Below are positions 28,090-41,189 of a stretch of 64,000 nt of DNA, one piece after another. Origin of the DNA: Octopus sinensis (lineage: Eukaryota); NCBI RefSeq assembly GCF_006345805.1, contig NC_043013.1:12028001-12092000 (forward strand), given 5' to 3'. Made by a program: the position numbers and the translations under genes. The notes under the pieces are model-generated. The model was not told the origin of the DNA. It did no database searches and saw nothing but the letters and a program-made list of their open reading frames with translations. Position 1 is the first letter of the stretch, and every line of letters starts with the position of its first letter.

Positions 28090-28692
28090 TCACAATCCTA
28101 CAGTTGTGCCACTGTACATTAGTCGAAGTTGCCCCATGGTATCTACTAAAAGCATTGGCAGTTACTTAAACGCCGGCCACACCGTCGCCTTTGTAATGCA
28201 ATGTGGGTGGGTTGAGAGAAGTATTTGACATTGTGTTGTTTTAGGAATACGTTCCAAATTCTTTGTAATTGAAATTGCTTAGTCATTAACCCTTTGACTA
28301 CTTGATTAAATTTTGTAGCCATTCCCATAATGACGTTAATTATCAGCAAACAAAACACAAAAAAACAAATAGAATTGCTATTTTAGTTTTCTGCGATACA
28401 TTTTAGTATCTCGTGTACATACGGTTACTGTATCCAACACTATAAACTGTCTGATTTTTGCATTGTAAAAGAGATATTCGATGAAATATACAAAAAAATA
28501 AACATAAAGAAAAGGATAACTTAAGAAAGTCTGCAAAATTTTCTTTGTAAAAACTGTCTTTATAGGCGTCTGCTTTGCATATAGTATAAGGAGAGATTTT
28601 TTTTCAAAGGTATGGAGTAAAACCACTGTCTGCTGAAAAGGACAATAAAAATTTTGAGCGGATACGTCCGTTTTCCACGATCAATAGGTTAA
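28090..28692 (+). mobile_element. Decayed piggyBac-like transposon 3' part
   Basis: Frameshifted RP.TVA..NANVGGVERS, IRSK, Cys-rich ESLQNFLCKNCLYRRLLCI; end gcggatacgtccgttttccacgatcaatagg|TTAA (28689-92). Confidence 0.5.
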
Positions 28693-28989
28693 GGCATAGC
28701 TGCAGTTCTTATTTATTTTAGATCGAAACAGGTCTTTCTTCATGCTAAAATCGAAATCAGTGTGTTCTACATCGACGCGTTTTGTCTGGATCATGGATCG
28801 TGACACCATAACCCTAACTTTTCCATGGCACAGTGACATTGATGGATCAACATCCTCCTCTTTTTCATTAGCATGTCCACCAACTATCGACTGATTTGGA
28901 CCATCAGAGCTCTTTTTACCACTAAATGTCAAAGTTAAATCGATTCATTTACTATTTGAAGTTACTGTCTGAAGGAAAATTCTCATGTA

Positions 28990-30223
28990 ACATCTGTAAC
29001 TTTGTTTGCATCCAGTGACATAAGCTAGATCGTCTTTTAGGGCAAATGCACACGTTGTTTAGAGGCCCTCAAGGCACATACCTGCTTTTTTAAAACATTT
29101 TTTTTACATTATTTGTTCCATAAAATGACTGGTCATAACCGGTAAAGGCAGAAAGTTTTAGTAAAAATTCCGTAATGGAATGAAGGCGCGTCAGTTTGGG
29201 CACTAAGCTGTGTGAAAACGTACTGCAACATCAGCGCAGAAGTGTTTGAGTCTGTAGTATCTGGGCTGCATATGTTTCAAAGAATCAATCATGGCTCGAA
29301 ATCAAATTGTTTAGAGATAGTTCAAAAGCTCTCGTTCAGGAGATGATAGCCTTGAAATTAAATCAAGGGGTAGGCCAAAATAAGTTAGTCGGCACGATGG
29401 ATTAATTGATTTGGTTGAACAAAATCCAAAAACAAAGGTTCGAAAACTTTAATCAGAATTCCAAACATCTAGCACAACTGTTTTTGGACACCTGTAAAAA
29501 ATTGGAAAAGTCAAGAAAGCGGATCGGTTTGTTCCACATTAACTGAACGAGATTCAAAAAATTAGACGTCTCGAAATATGCTTCTTATTGCTTTCTCGAC
29601 TCGAAAAAAAAAAACATTTTTGCATCAAATCATGACTTGTGATGAGAAATGGATACTCTTTGACAACAGCAAGAGAACAGGGCAGTGAGTAGATACCTAA
29701 ACATTACCCAAACCCACCATTACACCCTAAAAAGTTAGTGGTCAATGTATGGTTGTCTGCAACAAGGTAAAACCGTATTGCCAGAAAATTGATTGTATGC
29801 TTGAGAATTTGAAAAAGAAGCAATCCAGACTAGTGAATAGAGATAGCCCTATTTTGCTCCACGACATTGCGTGTCATCACACACCTCAAGCTACGGTCCA
29901 AAAGCCTGAATTATGAGATTTTGCAAAATCCTCCCTATTCGCCTGATATCTCTCCTACTGTTTTTCACTTATTTAAGCATTTTGAGCTTTTCAAATCTAT
30001 AAACTATTCATAAATAGAGAAGAGGTAATTCAAGCATTCGGACAGTGTATCACAGCAGATGATTTTTTTTTTAAAGATGGAATGTATGACAGAGAGAAAC
30101 GTTGGGTAAATATCATAAATGAACATGGATCATACTTTGATTAAATAAATCGTTTTTTTACACTTCTGAAACATTTTATTTTTATCTTTCAAATACGACA
30201 TTTCGTGGGGAAACAACTTGATA
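28990..30223 (+). mobile_element. Decayed mariner transposon (transposase pseudogene about 29175-30144; right TIR ending in TA at 30223)
   Basis: RGRPK, DRFVPH, IMTCDEKWILFDN, LHPKK..V.VW, ILLHD, PPYSPDISPT.FHLFKHF, KRWVNIINEHGSYFD*; many stops and frameshifts. Left TIR not found. Confidence 0.93.
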
Positions 30224-30274
30224 TATATTTATATATTTATTTATTTATTTATAAACAGACATAAGTGTGAATTT

Positions 30275-30665
30275 GCTACCAGCCACATGGTTCCGGGTTC
30301 AGTCCCACTTCGTAGCACCTAGGGCTAGTGTCTTCTACTATAGCCTCGGGCCGACCAAAGCCTTGTGAGTGGATTTGGTAGACGGAAACAGAAAGAAGCC
30401 TGTCGTATATATGTATATATGTGTATATGTATGTGTGTGTATACGCTTGTGTGTCTGGGTTTGTCCCCCCCTCCAACATCGCTTGACAACCGATGCTGGT
30501 TTGTTCACGTCCCCGTAACTTAGCGGTTCAACAAAAGAGACCGCAAGAATAAGTACTAGGCATACGATAACAAGTCCTGGGTTCGATTTGCTCGAATAAA
30601 GGCGGTGCTAAAACATGGCCGCAGTCAAATGACAGACACAAGTTAAAAACTAAAAGAGTAAAGAT
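30275..30665 (+). mobile_element. SINE family A, 5'-truncated
   Basis: ccacatggttccgggttcagtcccact...gatttggtagacggaaac...aaggcggtgct...catggccgcagtcaaatgac. Confidence 0.92.
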
Positions 30666-30682
30666 ATATATATATATAAATA

Positions 30683-30713
<31 letters not shown>

Positions 30714-30974
30714 AATAGGGAACAGTCAGAATTTTGGATAATTCTTTATAAGCGCTATCGTTCTTTTATCCAACTCGTGAAGACAAAATCACAATCAAAA
30801 TGGTAAAAATAGTTCTATTTATCTATCTACCTATCTATCCTTTCCCCACCCATTATTTATTATTTTTCTTCATCTTTCTTGATTGTCCTGAAACCTCTCC
30901 TCCGTTAATTTCCCATCCCTCTTTGCTTTTCTTTCTCTCTTTCCTCCTTTCTCCTGGAAATAAGTTGACTTTAC

Positions 30975-31190
30975 AATCACGTGATTCTGAGCTCGGTCCT
31001 ATTGGTGGAGCTTTGAGCAAGAGTTTTCTGCTACAGTCTCTGAGCCGACCAGTGCCTTGTGAGTTGATCTAGCTGATGGAAACAAGCCCATCGTAAATAA
31101 GCATATACACGCATTTGTGTGTGTGTGTGTGTGTGACTCAAGGCGAGGCGTTTTCCAAATATGGCCGCAGTCGAATGAATGAAAGAAGTA
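30975..31190 (+). mobile_element. Degenerate, internally deleted SINE family A copy
   Basis: ctttgagcaagagttttctgcta...gccttgtgagttgat...atatggccgcagtcgaatgaatgaaagaagtaaa. Confidence 0.65.
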
Positions 31191-31426
31191 AAGGACAAAA
31201 TTTATATGTATTTAAATATATGCACACATACGTTCATAGACTCATACATACACACACACGCAGGCGTGCACGCACGAAAACATATGCATGCATTCACACA
31301 TACATATAGACACCTAGCCGTTTCACATAATATATGCATTTTACATTCATTAATTCACGCACACATACACACACAATCATACACATACGCAAAGTCCAAC
31401 AAACACACCACACACACACATACACA

Positions 31427-31465
<39 letters not shown>

Positions 31466-31765
31466 ATATATCTCGTCAATCGTCTAGAAAGTGACACAGC
31501 AAAAAGCAGATGTATGCTTAGAATACGGCCATATGTGGCTATTGTGTTTGTGTAAAACACCATGCGTGTGTTTGTATACATACAGGGAGCCTCTGACATT
31601 GCACACGCATTCTCAATGAACACTCATTCAAAAGATTCTTGTTATTTCATAAAAAAATCGCACAAAGATGCGTAGAACACGGACATGAATATATGTGTTT
31701 TTGTCCGTCTATGTCTGTGCATATGTTTGCATATACATATATATGTATGTATACATAATACATAC

Positions 31766-31816
<51 letters not shown>

Positions 31817-31905
31817 ATATATATATAATGTATATGTATGTATTATGTATACATACATATATATATGTATGTATACATAATACATACATATACATATATA
31901 TATAT

Positions 31906-31937
<32 letters not shown>

Positions 31938-31951
31938 CTATATACATACAC

Positions 31952-31983
<32 letters not shown>

Positions 31984-31992
31984 TTATATTCA

Positions 31993-32028
<36 letters not shown>

Positions 32029-32512
32029 TAATTTTCGATTCGCCTATGTATGTGTGTGCGTGTGTGTGAGTATGTGTATACACATATGCATACATATCCA
32101 CACACATAACATTTACATGTGTGTAAATAAACACACGCATCCACACACACATAGATATATATACTTCTGCTCGTCTGAATAAGTTTATTATGGGCAACTA
32201 CATGTTCTTGTGTGTATATAGACACGCATGAATGTCTCGAGGATCAATGTTTTAGGAAGAGCACTTAGTATTAAACACCCCTGTCCGAAGGGGGTGAATA
32301 TTTGCAAAAAATAGAGTGGGTAGTGTATATAATTCAATGAAAGCTGCAATGTATCAACATAGATACATAGCTGCAACATGCAATGCAGATGCACACATCC
32401 ACATACGCACACCTGTACACCAACATTATACACTCACATATGCACACACTACTCCTCATATATACATTACAATTATATAATATATATTGGCAATATATTT
32501 ACATATATATGT

Positions 32513-32556
<44 letters not shown>

Positions 32557-32955
32557 AATATATATATATATATATATTTATTATATACATATATACTACC
32601 AAAACACATGATTTATATTGAACTCCTAATACTTTTGGTTGAATATTTTCTTAATACTTTCTTGTTAACTGTTTTTAACATTTTCTCATTATTATCAAAG
32701 AATATATATAGTATTTCATACCTTTGTGACAACCAGTACTTAACAACCAAAGCTTTTACAAACCTTTACATTTTACTTGTAACAATTTTTTTCTAAATAA
32801 GTGAAACCGGTGAAGTGAATAAACATCTTTAAAATTGCAATCAGGCTGTTACACATTTTCGATTGCATAGACGGTATAATTACAATTGCAACGCGTCCCA
32901 ATAGTCTTGGATTAGACCTTACGATCTTAAAAAACATCTGCCAAAAAGTAGTACA

Positions 32956-33022
<67 letters not shown>

Positions 33023-33171
33023 TATATAGATATATATATATATATATATATAGAATAGATAGATATATATACTTAATAAATAGGGTTCAGCAAAAGATTT
33101 GCTTTACTACATACCGAAGTTTAGAAATATATATATATATATATATATAGATATATATATATATATATATA

Positions 33172-33830
33172 TACGAGGGTAATTCCAAAAGTAAGGTTTC
33201 CAAACCGCTGGGGAAGCAGGGAACTGTGCGTGCGGCTATTGGCAACACTGTGGTGTTTGTTGTGCATGCCCCTGCGACTGCGCCTGCCCCTGACCCTGTG
33301 CGCGCCTCGCTGCCACGCTCAGCCTTGGCTTGACAGTCGTATCTGATGGACCTTCCGATTGACGCTACGGCCAAATGTGAAGTTCGCTAAATTATCCTGT
33401 TTTTGGACACAAGACCGATTGAAATTCATCGCCAATTAACTGAAGTGTATGGCAAGTCGCGCATGGATGTCATAAACGTCCGTAAATGGTGTAGAGTGTT
33501 GTACTAAAATACATGACGAAGAAAGATGCGGCGGCCATCAATTTCCGACGAGACAGTCAAGAAGGTTGAGCAAATTCTGCGTGAAAACCGGCAGATCAAT
33601 CTGGATGATGCTCGCATTTTGGTTCCTGAGGTATCCCGAAGCAGCATTCATAGGGTTTCGAGTGAAATGTTGCAATATCGGAAGATGTGCGCAAGATGCC
33701 CACAGAAGACCATAAACGGCAACCTACTTAATAGTTCGGAATTGGCACACAATGACTAACAGTCTGTTCCCTAAGTTGAATGAACATTTGGCCGGAACGT
33801 GCTTCAGCAACAACGGCGCTTCCTCAAAGA
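33172..33830 (+). mobile_element. Internally deleted mariner relic (second family) with left TIR
   Basis: TA-cgagggtaattccaaaagtaagg TIR; from ATG 33346: AKCEVR*II.FL..PIEIHRQLTEVYG...VRKWCR...GRPSISDETVKKVEQILRENRQI...YRKMCAR, then a jump to FPKLNEHLAG. Confidence 0.88.
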
Positions 33831-33849
33831 CATGGCGGTGAGTTGGTAT

Positions 33850-34145
33850 GACTTATTCTTTGTAATCCTAGTACTTTTTTGCCGAACCGCTAAGTTACGG
33901 GGACGTAAACATACCAGAATTTGTTGTCAAGCGATGTTGGTGGGGACAAACACAGACATACAAACATATATATACATATATACGGCGGGCTTCTTTCAGT
34001 TTCCGCCTACCAAATCCACTCACAAGGCTTTGGTCGGCCCAAGGCTATAGTAGAAGACACTTGCCCATGGTGTCCTGCAGTGGGACTGAACCCGGAACCA
34101 CATGGTTCGTAAGCAAGCTACTTACTACACACCCAATCATACGCC
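33850..34145 (-). mobile_element. SINE family A copy
   Basis: Reverse complement of the family A head and body. Confidence 0.9.
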
Positions 34146-34399
34146 TATATATATATATATAGAAATGTGGCTGGCTTCCATGCAGTGTTTCCTTGTAGTA
34201 AATTCATTCATAAAGCATTCATCGGCCCGTTGCTCTAATAGAAAAGACTTGCCTTATGGGACTTAGCGGAAAACAAGTTGATTGCAAACGAACTTCTTAC
34301 TTAGACAGCCATGCTCGTGGGTGCTTTCGTATGCGAGTGTATATATTCATGACTGTATGTCCTGAGTTTGTCTTGAATCTGCAGTCCCAGCATTCTTAA

Positions 34400-34620
34400 G
34401 TGAATCGCGGATTTCCAGTATTTAAGCCATTGAAAACAGAAGACTCACACACGAACGACGCGCCGGTGCTCTACAGAACTTACTCCACAGGCGTAGCTTG
34501 TACTCAATTTCGGTTGAGTGAGCTAGAACGTAATGAAATGAACCGGGGTATAAATGATCCATCGAGCTGCATTCTGAGAATCGAACCGACAACCGATCTT
34601 CTGTACACCCAATAGCCACA
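34400..34620 (-). mobile_element. Degenerate CORE-like SINE copy
   Basis: gttgagtgagctagaacgtaatgaaatgaa is the reverse of the ttcatttcacgttgctccag..cactcagc core of 40904-41145. Confidence 0.5.
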
Positions 34621-34935
34621 CGATTTGGTCATACGCCTTCAAATGTAAATCTAGACACTCAAGTCGAGCGTGCATACACGCAGATGTATATATGTGTGCG
34701 TATATGTATTAGTGTGCGTGTGTGTTTGTGTGCGTGAGTGTATGTATGCATATATGTGTGTGTGCGTGTATTTTCATATATGTGTGTGTGTGTGTGTGTG
34801 TGCGTGTGTGCGTGTGTGCATATGTATACAAATCTACACATCTACCCACATAGACACGCACGTACAAACCCACATATATTTGTATATGTACGTATGTTTG
34901 CGTATGGGGGTACTTATATAAAAGTGTTGTGGCTG

Positions 34936-34994
<59 letters not shown>

Positions 34995-35664
34995 CCGTAT
35001 ATATGTGTGTGTGTGCATGTGTGAATATATGTATGTGTATGTATATAATGTCTGTATATATATCTACGTATGTATGTATATATATATATGTGTGTATACA
35101 TACATACATACATTCATACATATATACATGCATGCATACATACATATATATGCATACATAGATATATACATATACATACTCTCACACATGCATACGTTCA
35201 GAAAATGTTTGTGGTGAAGGTTTACTGACATTTTTTCATGCCTCTATGGGCTGGATGCTTTAACTATTCTGGTATATTTGCATATATATTGCTTGAAAGG
35301 GTCCTTTCACAGTTCGATCCCATGACCACCTCGGGCCACTCAACCGTTAATAGGGCGGTGTCTCCAATTTTCAGCTATATTGACTGAGGTAAATAGTGGC
35401 CCATTCATCCCCTTCGACCACATCTTCTTACCTATCTATCTATCTATCTATCTATCTACCTTTCTATAAATGTATCTATGTATATGTCTGTTTGTCTGTC
35501 TATTGATTTATTTATCTATGTATCCAATTATCTATCTGTCTGTCCTTCTGTTCCTCTGTCCTTCAGTCTATCTATTTAACTATCTATCTGTCTGTCTGTC
35601 CGTCTCACCGTCTGCTTGTCCGTCTGTCAGTCCGCCTGTCTATCTATCTATTTCTATCTATCTA

Positions 35665-35744
<80 letters not shown>

Positions 35745-36118
35745 CTGTCTGTCTTTGTCTCTGTGTATCTGTCCACACATTTATTTCTTTTGCCATCTAC
35801 CTAGCTATTTCTTTGTGTATGTCCTTTTTATTCATATCTACCTGTCTCTCTTTCTTTATGTATCAACATATCTTTCTATTTATATCCATATATATACTGA
35901 TAGACATATCTGTAAATCTAACAAGCTCACATAATACCTATTTTTCTATTTGCCTATCTTTCTCTGTCTGTTTACATATCCAGCCATCCCTCTGACTATT
36001 TGTCAATGTACCTATGTGTCAATCTCTATATCTCACATTAACTCTGTGTGTGTATATGTGCGGTGTGTGTGTATGTCTGTCTCCTTGTCTTTCTGACTAG
36101 ATAGCTGAACACCCATCC

Positions 36119-36197
<79 letters not shown>

Positions 36198-36754
36198 AAT
36201 CAATCAGTCTATCTATTTATCTCTTTTCCTAACAATCTGTATTTCTGCCTCTAAGCGTAGCTGTCCTTCTGTCCGCCTATATATTCATCTCTCTTTCACT
36301 CTGTGTGACTGTTTCTCTGTTGTGTAGCGGTATACAAAATCCAGTTCCTCTCTGCTGAATCATTTACCAAAGATATTCACTTAGCTATTACAAATGATAT
36401 AGCTTGTTACGGCAAGAACTCTCCAGCCATCCTCCTCTCATACAAAACGCCACTACTTTCACAATGACCCTCCAAATATCTATACACATTTGTAAACAGG
36501 GCAGAAACATACTACATCATGTTCGTTCCCTATGGTGCCAGGGAGGTCGAGTGTGTGTGTGGTCACTAGATAAGACGGATACCAGAGACTACATTCCCAA
36601 TATTAGGAAAAATAGACGGAATGTTTACATCGCATAACTCAGCATGACCATGGCTAGAATAGATACATATATTCTTCTGTTCTTTTATACGTTTCAGCCC
36701 TAAGGCTGTGGTCACGCCGGAGTACCACCATACATTATATCAATGGTGTTAGTG

Positions 36755-37194
36755 TGTGCTGCATGAATTCAAAAGCGGATATTCAGCAAGGGAAGCAGCA
36801 AAAAGTATTCGTTCTTTCAATGGAAATGAAGTTTTAAGTGTCCGGACAGGTCAACAGTAGTTTGGCTAATTTCGGTCGGAAACCTTCTCTCTCGCAGGTT
36901 CCCATTTATTCAGACGAAAAAGTTCTGTTCGTAAGTTAAAGAAAATCCAATTATACCTGCCCAAGAATTAGCAAAACAGTTCAAGTTAAATCTCGATCTT
37001 AAAACACCTTCATGAAAAGGGAAATTTGTATAAACTTTGTGAGTGGGCTCCGCACTTTTTGTCTATTTCTCAGTTTAATCAACTCTGTTAGTCATTGAGG
37101 ACTAACTACGAAACATTTCCTGGGTTCAATCGCCACCAGTGAGGAAATGTGAGTAATCTATAATAATATCTAAAAAAAAGCAGCAATGTTTCAT
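36755..37194 (+). mobile_element. Mariner transposase N-terminal relic (third copy), cut by the assembly gap
   Basis: EFKSGYSAREAAKSIRSFNGNEVLSVRTGQQ*F..FRS...ELAKQF...HLHEKGNLYKLCEWAPH...FLGSIATSEEM*VIYNN. Confidence 0.8.
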
Positions 37195-37294
37195 NNNNNN
37201 NNNNNNNNNNNNNNNNNNNNNNNNNNNNNNNNNNNNNNNNNNNNNNNNNNNNNNNNNNNNNNNNNNNNNNNNNNNNNNNNNNNNNNNNNNNNNN
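37195..37294. other. Assembly gap (100 N)
   Basis: Run of N. Confidence 1.
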
Positions 37295-37430
37295 ACGAAG
37301 AGCTCCGCTCGAAACATTAAATCCTCCTTCTTTCCTTCCATCTGAGCGTCCAATAATACTATTTTTTGGCACGTCCTCGCGGTGTTGTGTTGTTTTTGTG
37401 CTTTCTCTTGTTTGGATTAACTATATATAT
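37295..37430 (+). mobile_element. PLE-type terminus with minimal HHR truncated by the gap, ending in (AT)n
   Basis: [CUG?]ACGA-A-GAGC(UCC)GCUC-GAAAC-AUUAAA then ...ctgagcgtccaataatact...ggattaac(TA)n; related tails at 39300-39460 (+) and 46355-46460 (-). Confidence 0.65.
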
Positions 37431-37459
37431 ATATATATATATATAGATACATATTTATA

Positions 37460-37665
37460 TATATGTTTCTGTTGTTCCCCCAACCTCGCTGGAAAACAGA
37501 TGCTGGTGTGTTTACGTCCACGTAACTTAGGAGTTCGGCCTAAGAACCTATAGAATAAATATTAGGCTTACAAAGAATAAGTCCTGGGGTGAATTTGTTC
37601 GACTCAAGGCAGTGCTCCAGCATAAGCCGCACTCAACTGACAGAAACAAGTAAAAGAGTAAGAAA
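37460..37665 (+). mobile_element. SINE family A, 3' half
   Basis: gatgctggtgtgtttacgtcc.cgtaacttag...aaggcagtgctccagcat...gaaacaagtaaaagagtaa. Confidence 0.85.
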
Positions 37666-37721
37666 ATAATATACGTGTATATATTATAGTATATATATAA
37701 TATTATATATATATATATATA

Positions 37722-38031
37722 ATCACGTGATCACGTGACCGACCAGTCCATCAGATGTAGTTACACATCGCTGTCACAATGCGCTCGTATTGTTTTAGAG
37801 CCTTTGAATGATGCCACCCCCGCCTGGCTAAGCGAGCAGGCCACAGAAAAAGAGTGGGAGAAAAAGTGGTGATAGAGTACAGCAGGAATCACCACCCCTC
37901 CCTGCCGTAGCATCGTGAGCTTTTAGGTGTTTTCGCTCAATAAGTCACACTCACAATGCCTGGTCCGGAATCGAAACCGCGGTCCTACGACCGGAGTTCC
38001 ACTGCCCTAACCACTGGGTCTTGCGCCTCCA
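37722..38031 (-). mobile_element. tRNA-derived SINE family C (tail variant 1)
   Basis: Minus strand: ggaggcgcaagacccagtggttaggg...gtttcgattcc...ttattgagcgaaaacacctaaaagct; head and body shared with 49721-50020. Confidence 0.85.
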
Positions 38032-38080
38032 CACACACACATATAAATATACGATATATATATATATATATATATATATT

Positions 38081-39457
38081 CGCCCACGTGCCGCACTTGC
38101 CCTTACCTCTCCAACACACCCGCCTCACTAGCACCCACCATCGACCCTATCCATCATCCACTCCTTCACCTGCACCTCCAGCAATATTATCTATTGCATC
38201 TCTCTGCTCTCTCTGCAATTCCTTGTACATCGGACAAACGGGACGCCGCTTGGCTGACCGGTTCGCGGAACACCTCGTGACATCCACCTTGCGAACGACA
38301 CACCGGTCTCACGCCATTCCGCTCCACCGGTCACTCCTTGCAACACCTATCTGTGTTCGGTTTGTCCTTACACAGAGGCCATCCGGATTCCCGTTTGCGC
38401 CGTGAACAGGAATTAATCTTCTCTCTTCGCTCTCTATACGCCATTTGGTCTCAACTCTCCTCCCCCCTACTCATCTAACCTCACCCCCCTCCTCACCTAT
38501 CCTTTCTCCCCCGACCCCTACTTCTTCAGTCCTTCATCCTTTCACCCCTACTTCCCCTTCCCTTCTTCCCTCTTTCTCCCTCCCTCTTCCCCTTCCCTCT
38601 GCTCCTCACTCCCTCTCTCTCCCTTCTCTCTCTCCCCTCTCTCTCCCCCTCATCATCCCCTTCCTTCTCCCCATCCTCCTCTCCTCTCCCCCCTTCTCCC
38701 CCCCTCTTCTTCCCCTCCCCTTCCCCCCCCCCCTCTTCCCCCCCCCTCTTCTCCCCGTCCCCCTCTTCTCCTCACTACACCCACATGACTTTACACATCA
38801 CATCACATATGATGTGCCATACTAATACATACACACCAACTAATACATACTAATACGTACTAATACATACTAGTACATACTAATACTTACACCAACCCTA
38901 TACATACACACTCCAGACCCCGCATACGCACTTATACTCTCTCACACACACACACACACACACCTATACATACCAATACGTACTAATACATACTAATACA
39001 TACTAATACATACACCAACCCCATACATACGCACGTCCAGACCAATCTTACGCACTAATACTCTCTCATAACACACACACACACACACACCCTTATACAT
39101 ACTAATACATACACCAACCCTATACATACACACATCCAGACCCCTCCCACGCACTTTGCTGGTCCCTCAACCCATTTATCAACCCTATTATCTCCCCTTA
39201 TTTCGCTCTCGCGTCTCATGTTTGATCTTTGACCTCTGGCCGAAATCAGATCGCCATGTTGATTCGTTAGCTACTGCACGCATTTTTTTTCTCTCCTTCT
39301 TTCTGTGTTTTTCTCTCTCTTGTATCTTTCTGTTGAAGGCGTAGGCTCGAAACGTTAAAGACTTGTTTTATTTATTTTCCTGAGCGCCATACTAATACAT
39401 TGTTCGTTTGTTTTTCCACCTGCCTTCGTCTTTTGTTTATTTTCATAAAGCTTCCCG

Positions 39458-39460
<3 letters not shown>
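38081..39460 (+). mobile_element. Penelope-like element 3' portion: GIY-YIG endonuclease pseudogene (about 38081-38465), pyrimidine and repeat-rich UTR, HHR-bearing terminus
   Basis: Frameshifted HSFTCTSSNIIYCI..SLCNSLYIGQTGRRLADRFAEHL.DI..NDTPVSRHF.STGHSLQHLSVFGL...REQELIFSL...GLN; flanked by (AT)n on both sides. Confidence 0.92.
39325..39361 (+). ncRNA. Minimal PLE-type hammerhead motif (variant core, palindromic stem III)
   Basis: Stem I UCUUU/AAAGA; CUGUUGA (A6U); A; stem II G(-)GC-GUAG-GCUC; GAAA-CGUU, where ACGU has no loop, as in dimer-forming minimal HHRs. Confidence 0.6.
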
Positions 39461-39494
<34 letters not shown>

Positions 39495-39802
39495 TACACA
39501 TATATACATACATATATATAAACTATACGTATATATACACATACATATATACATACATGTATACGTATATATACACACGCAAGTATGCATCGGCGTTTAT
39601 AAGCGAGTGCGTTTGTGTGAATGCTGTAAAGTGACCGAAAGTAAGAGGTGCCAGAGATGCAGTATGAGCTATTCTATGTGAGTAGGTACCGGTGTTTTTA
39701 TTAGTGTACGTGCGCACAGTCACATTTAGTAACATCGAAGAAGAAAAATATATGACAGATATCAATGCTACTCTCAGTGTTTGTATGTGTTTGCAGGAGT
39801 GC

Positions 39803-39847
<45 letters not shown>

Positions 39848-39856
39848 TATGTGTGA

Positions 39857-39897
<41 letters not shown>

Positions 39898-40817
39898 CTG
39901 CGAGGTGAGATTTAAAGAAGTAGGATCAAACGCGTGGAGAGACAAGAGCAAACGAGAGTTCGAGGGAGATAAAAATAGAGATAGAGAGAGAGAGGGAATG
40001 GGGGCAAAGAGAGAAAAAGAACAAAACGAGAGAGTGAAGTCAATGTAGAGAGAGTGACAATTAGATAAGAGAGAATTATAAGAAAGAGCGCAGTGAGAGT
40101 TTGATGTCCTTGATGATACGTAAACATATTTACAAGGTATGAGAGACAGAGAGGAAAAACAGAGAGAGAGACGAAAAACAGAGAGAGAGAGAGAGTGAGA
40201 GATAGACAGACAGAAAGAGAGACACGCAGAAAGACAGACAAACAAACAGACGGATTGAGGCAATGAGAAAGAGAGAAAGGAAGAAAGAAAAAGAAAGGAA
40301 GGAAGGGAAAAGAAAGACGTAAAAGCAGAAACAGAAAGATAGATAAAGGCAGATAGTGACAGAGAGAGAGAGGGAGAAAGAGTGAGTGTGAGTGAGTGAG
40401 CGAGTGAGGGAGAGATACAATGATAGAGACACAGAAAGAGGAATGGAGCCGGTGAGAAAGAGAGAGAGACAGACAGACAGAAAGGGAGAGAGAAAGAGAG
40501 GGGTCGAGTAAGAGACGTGAGAGTACTTAAATAGACGCAAAGAGAGATAAAAAAATATTAAAAAATAAGTGTGATGACATGTATGTGTCTGTTGTTAAGT
40601 TTGTATATGTGTGATCTTGTGCCTATGTGTGTGCGTTTGGCATGCATGTGTATGCGTATTTCTAGTATGTGTATGTGTTTTCGTAGTATTTTGTTTTTGT
40701 CCTGCTTTCTCAGTGAGTTTATGTGTAAAGGTATGTGTCTGTCTGTCTACCTGTCAATATTTGCATCCTATGTCCCTATCCGTACATATACATATACCCG
40801 GTATATATATATATATG

Positions 40818-40851
<34 letters not shown>

Positions 40852-40903
40852 TGTATGTATGTATGTATGAATGTATGTATGTATGTATGTACGTATGTAT
40901 TTG

Positions 40904-41145
40904 TGGAATCGCGTAGCTTAATAGTTAGGGTGTCAGCCTCATGCTCGAAAGATTGTGGTTTCGATTCCTGGACCGGGCGATGCGTTGTGTTCTTGACCAA
41001 AACATTTCATTTCACGTTGCTCCAGACCACTCAGCTGGCAAAAATGAGTAACGCTGCGATGGACTGATGTCCCATCCAGCTGGGGAACACATACCATTGA
41101 AACTGGGAAACCGGGCCCATGAGCCTTGCTTGGCTTTAAAAGAGA
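40904..41145 (+). mobile_element. tRNA-derived CORE-like SINE with tail shared with 49917-50020
   Basis: A box tagcttaatagt, B box gtttcgattcc (40958-68), core gcgttgtgttcttgaccaaaacatttcatttcacgttgctcc, tail gagtaacgctgcgatggact...gaaaccgggcccatgagcc. Confidence 0.88.
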
Positions 41146-41189
41146 CCCCCCACACACAAATGTATGTATGTATATACTTTTATTCTTTA

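Noticed and set aside
28681-28932. ORF with HGKVRVMVSR resembling Helitron/Pif1 helicase HGQLYVALSR
   Set aside because: Spacing to the putative KSQG motif is off by about 9 aa and key residues differ; not supportable without a search.
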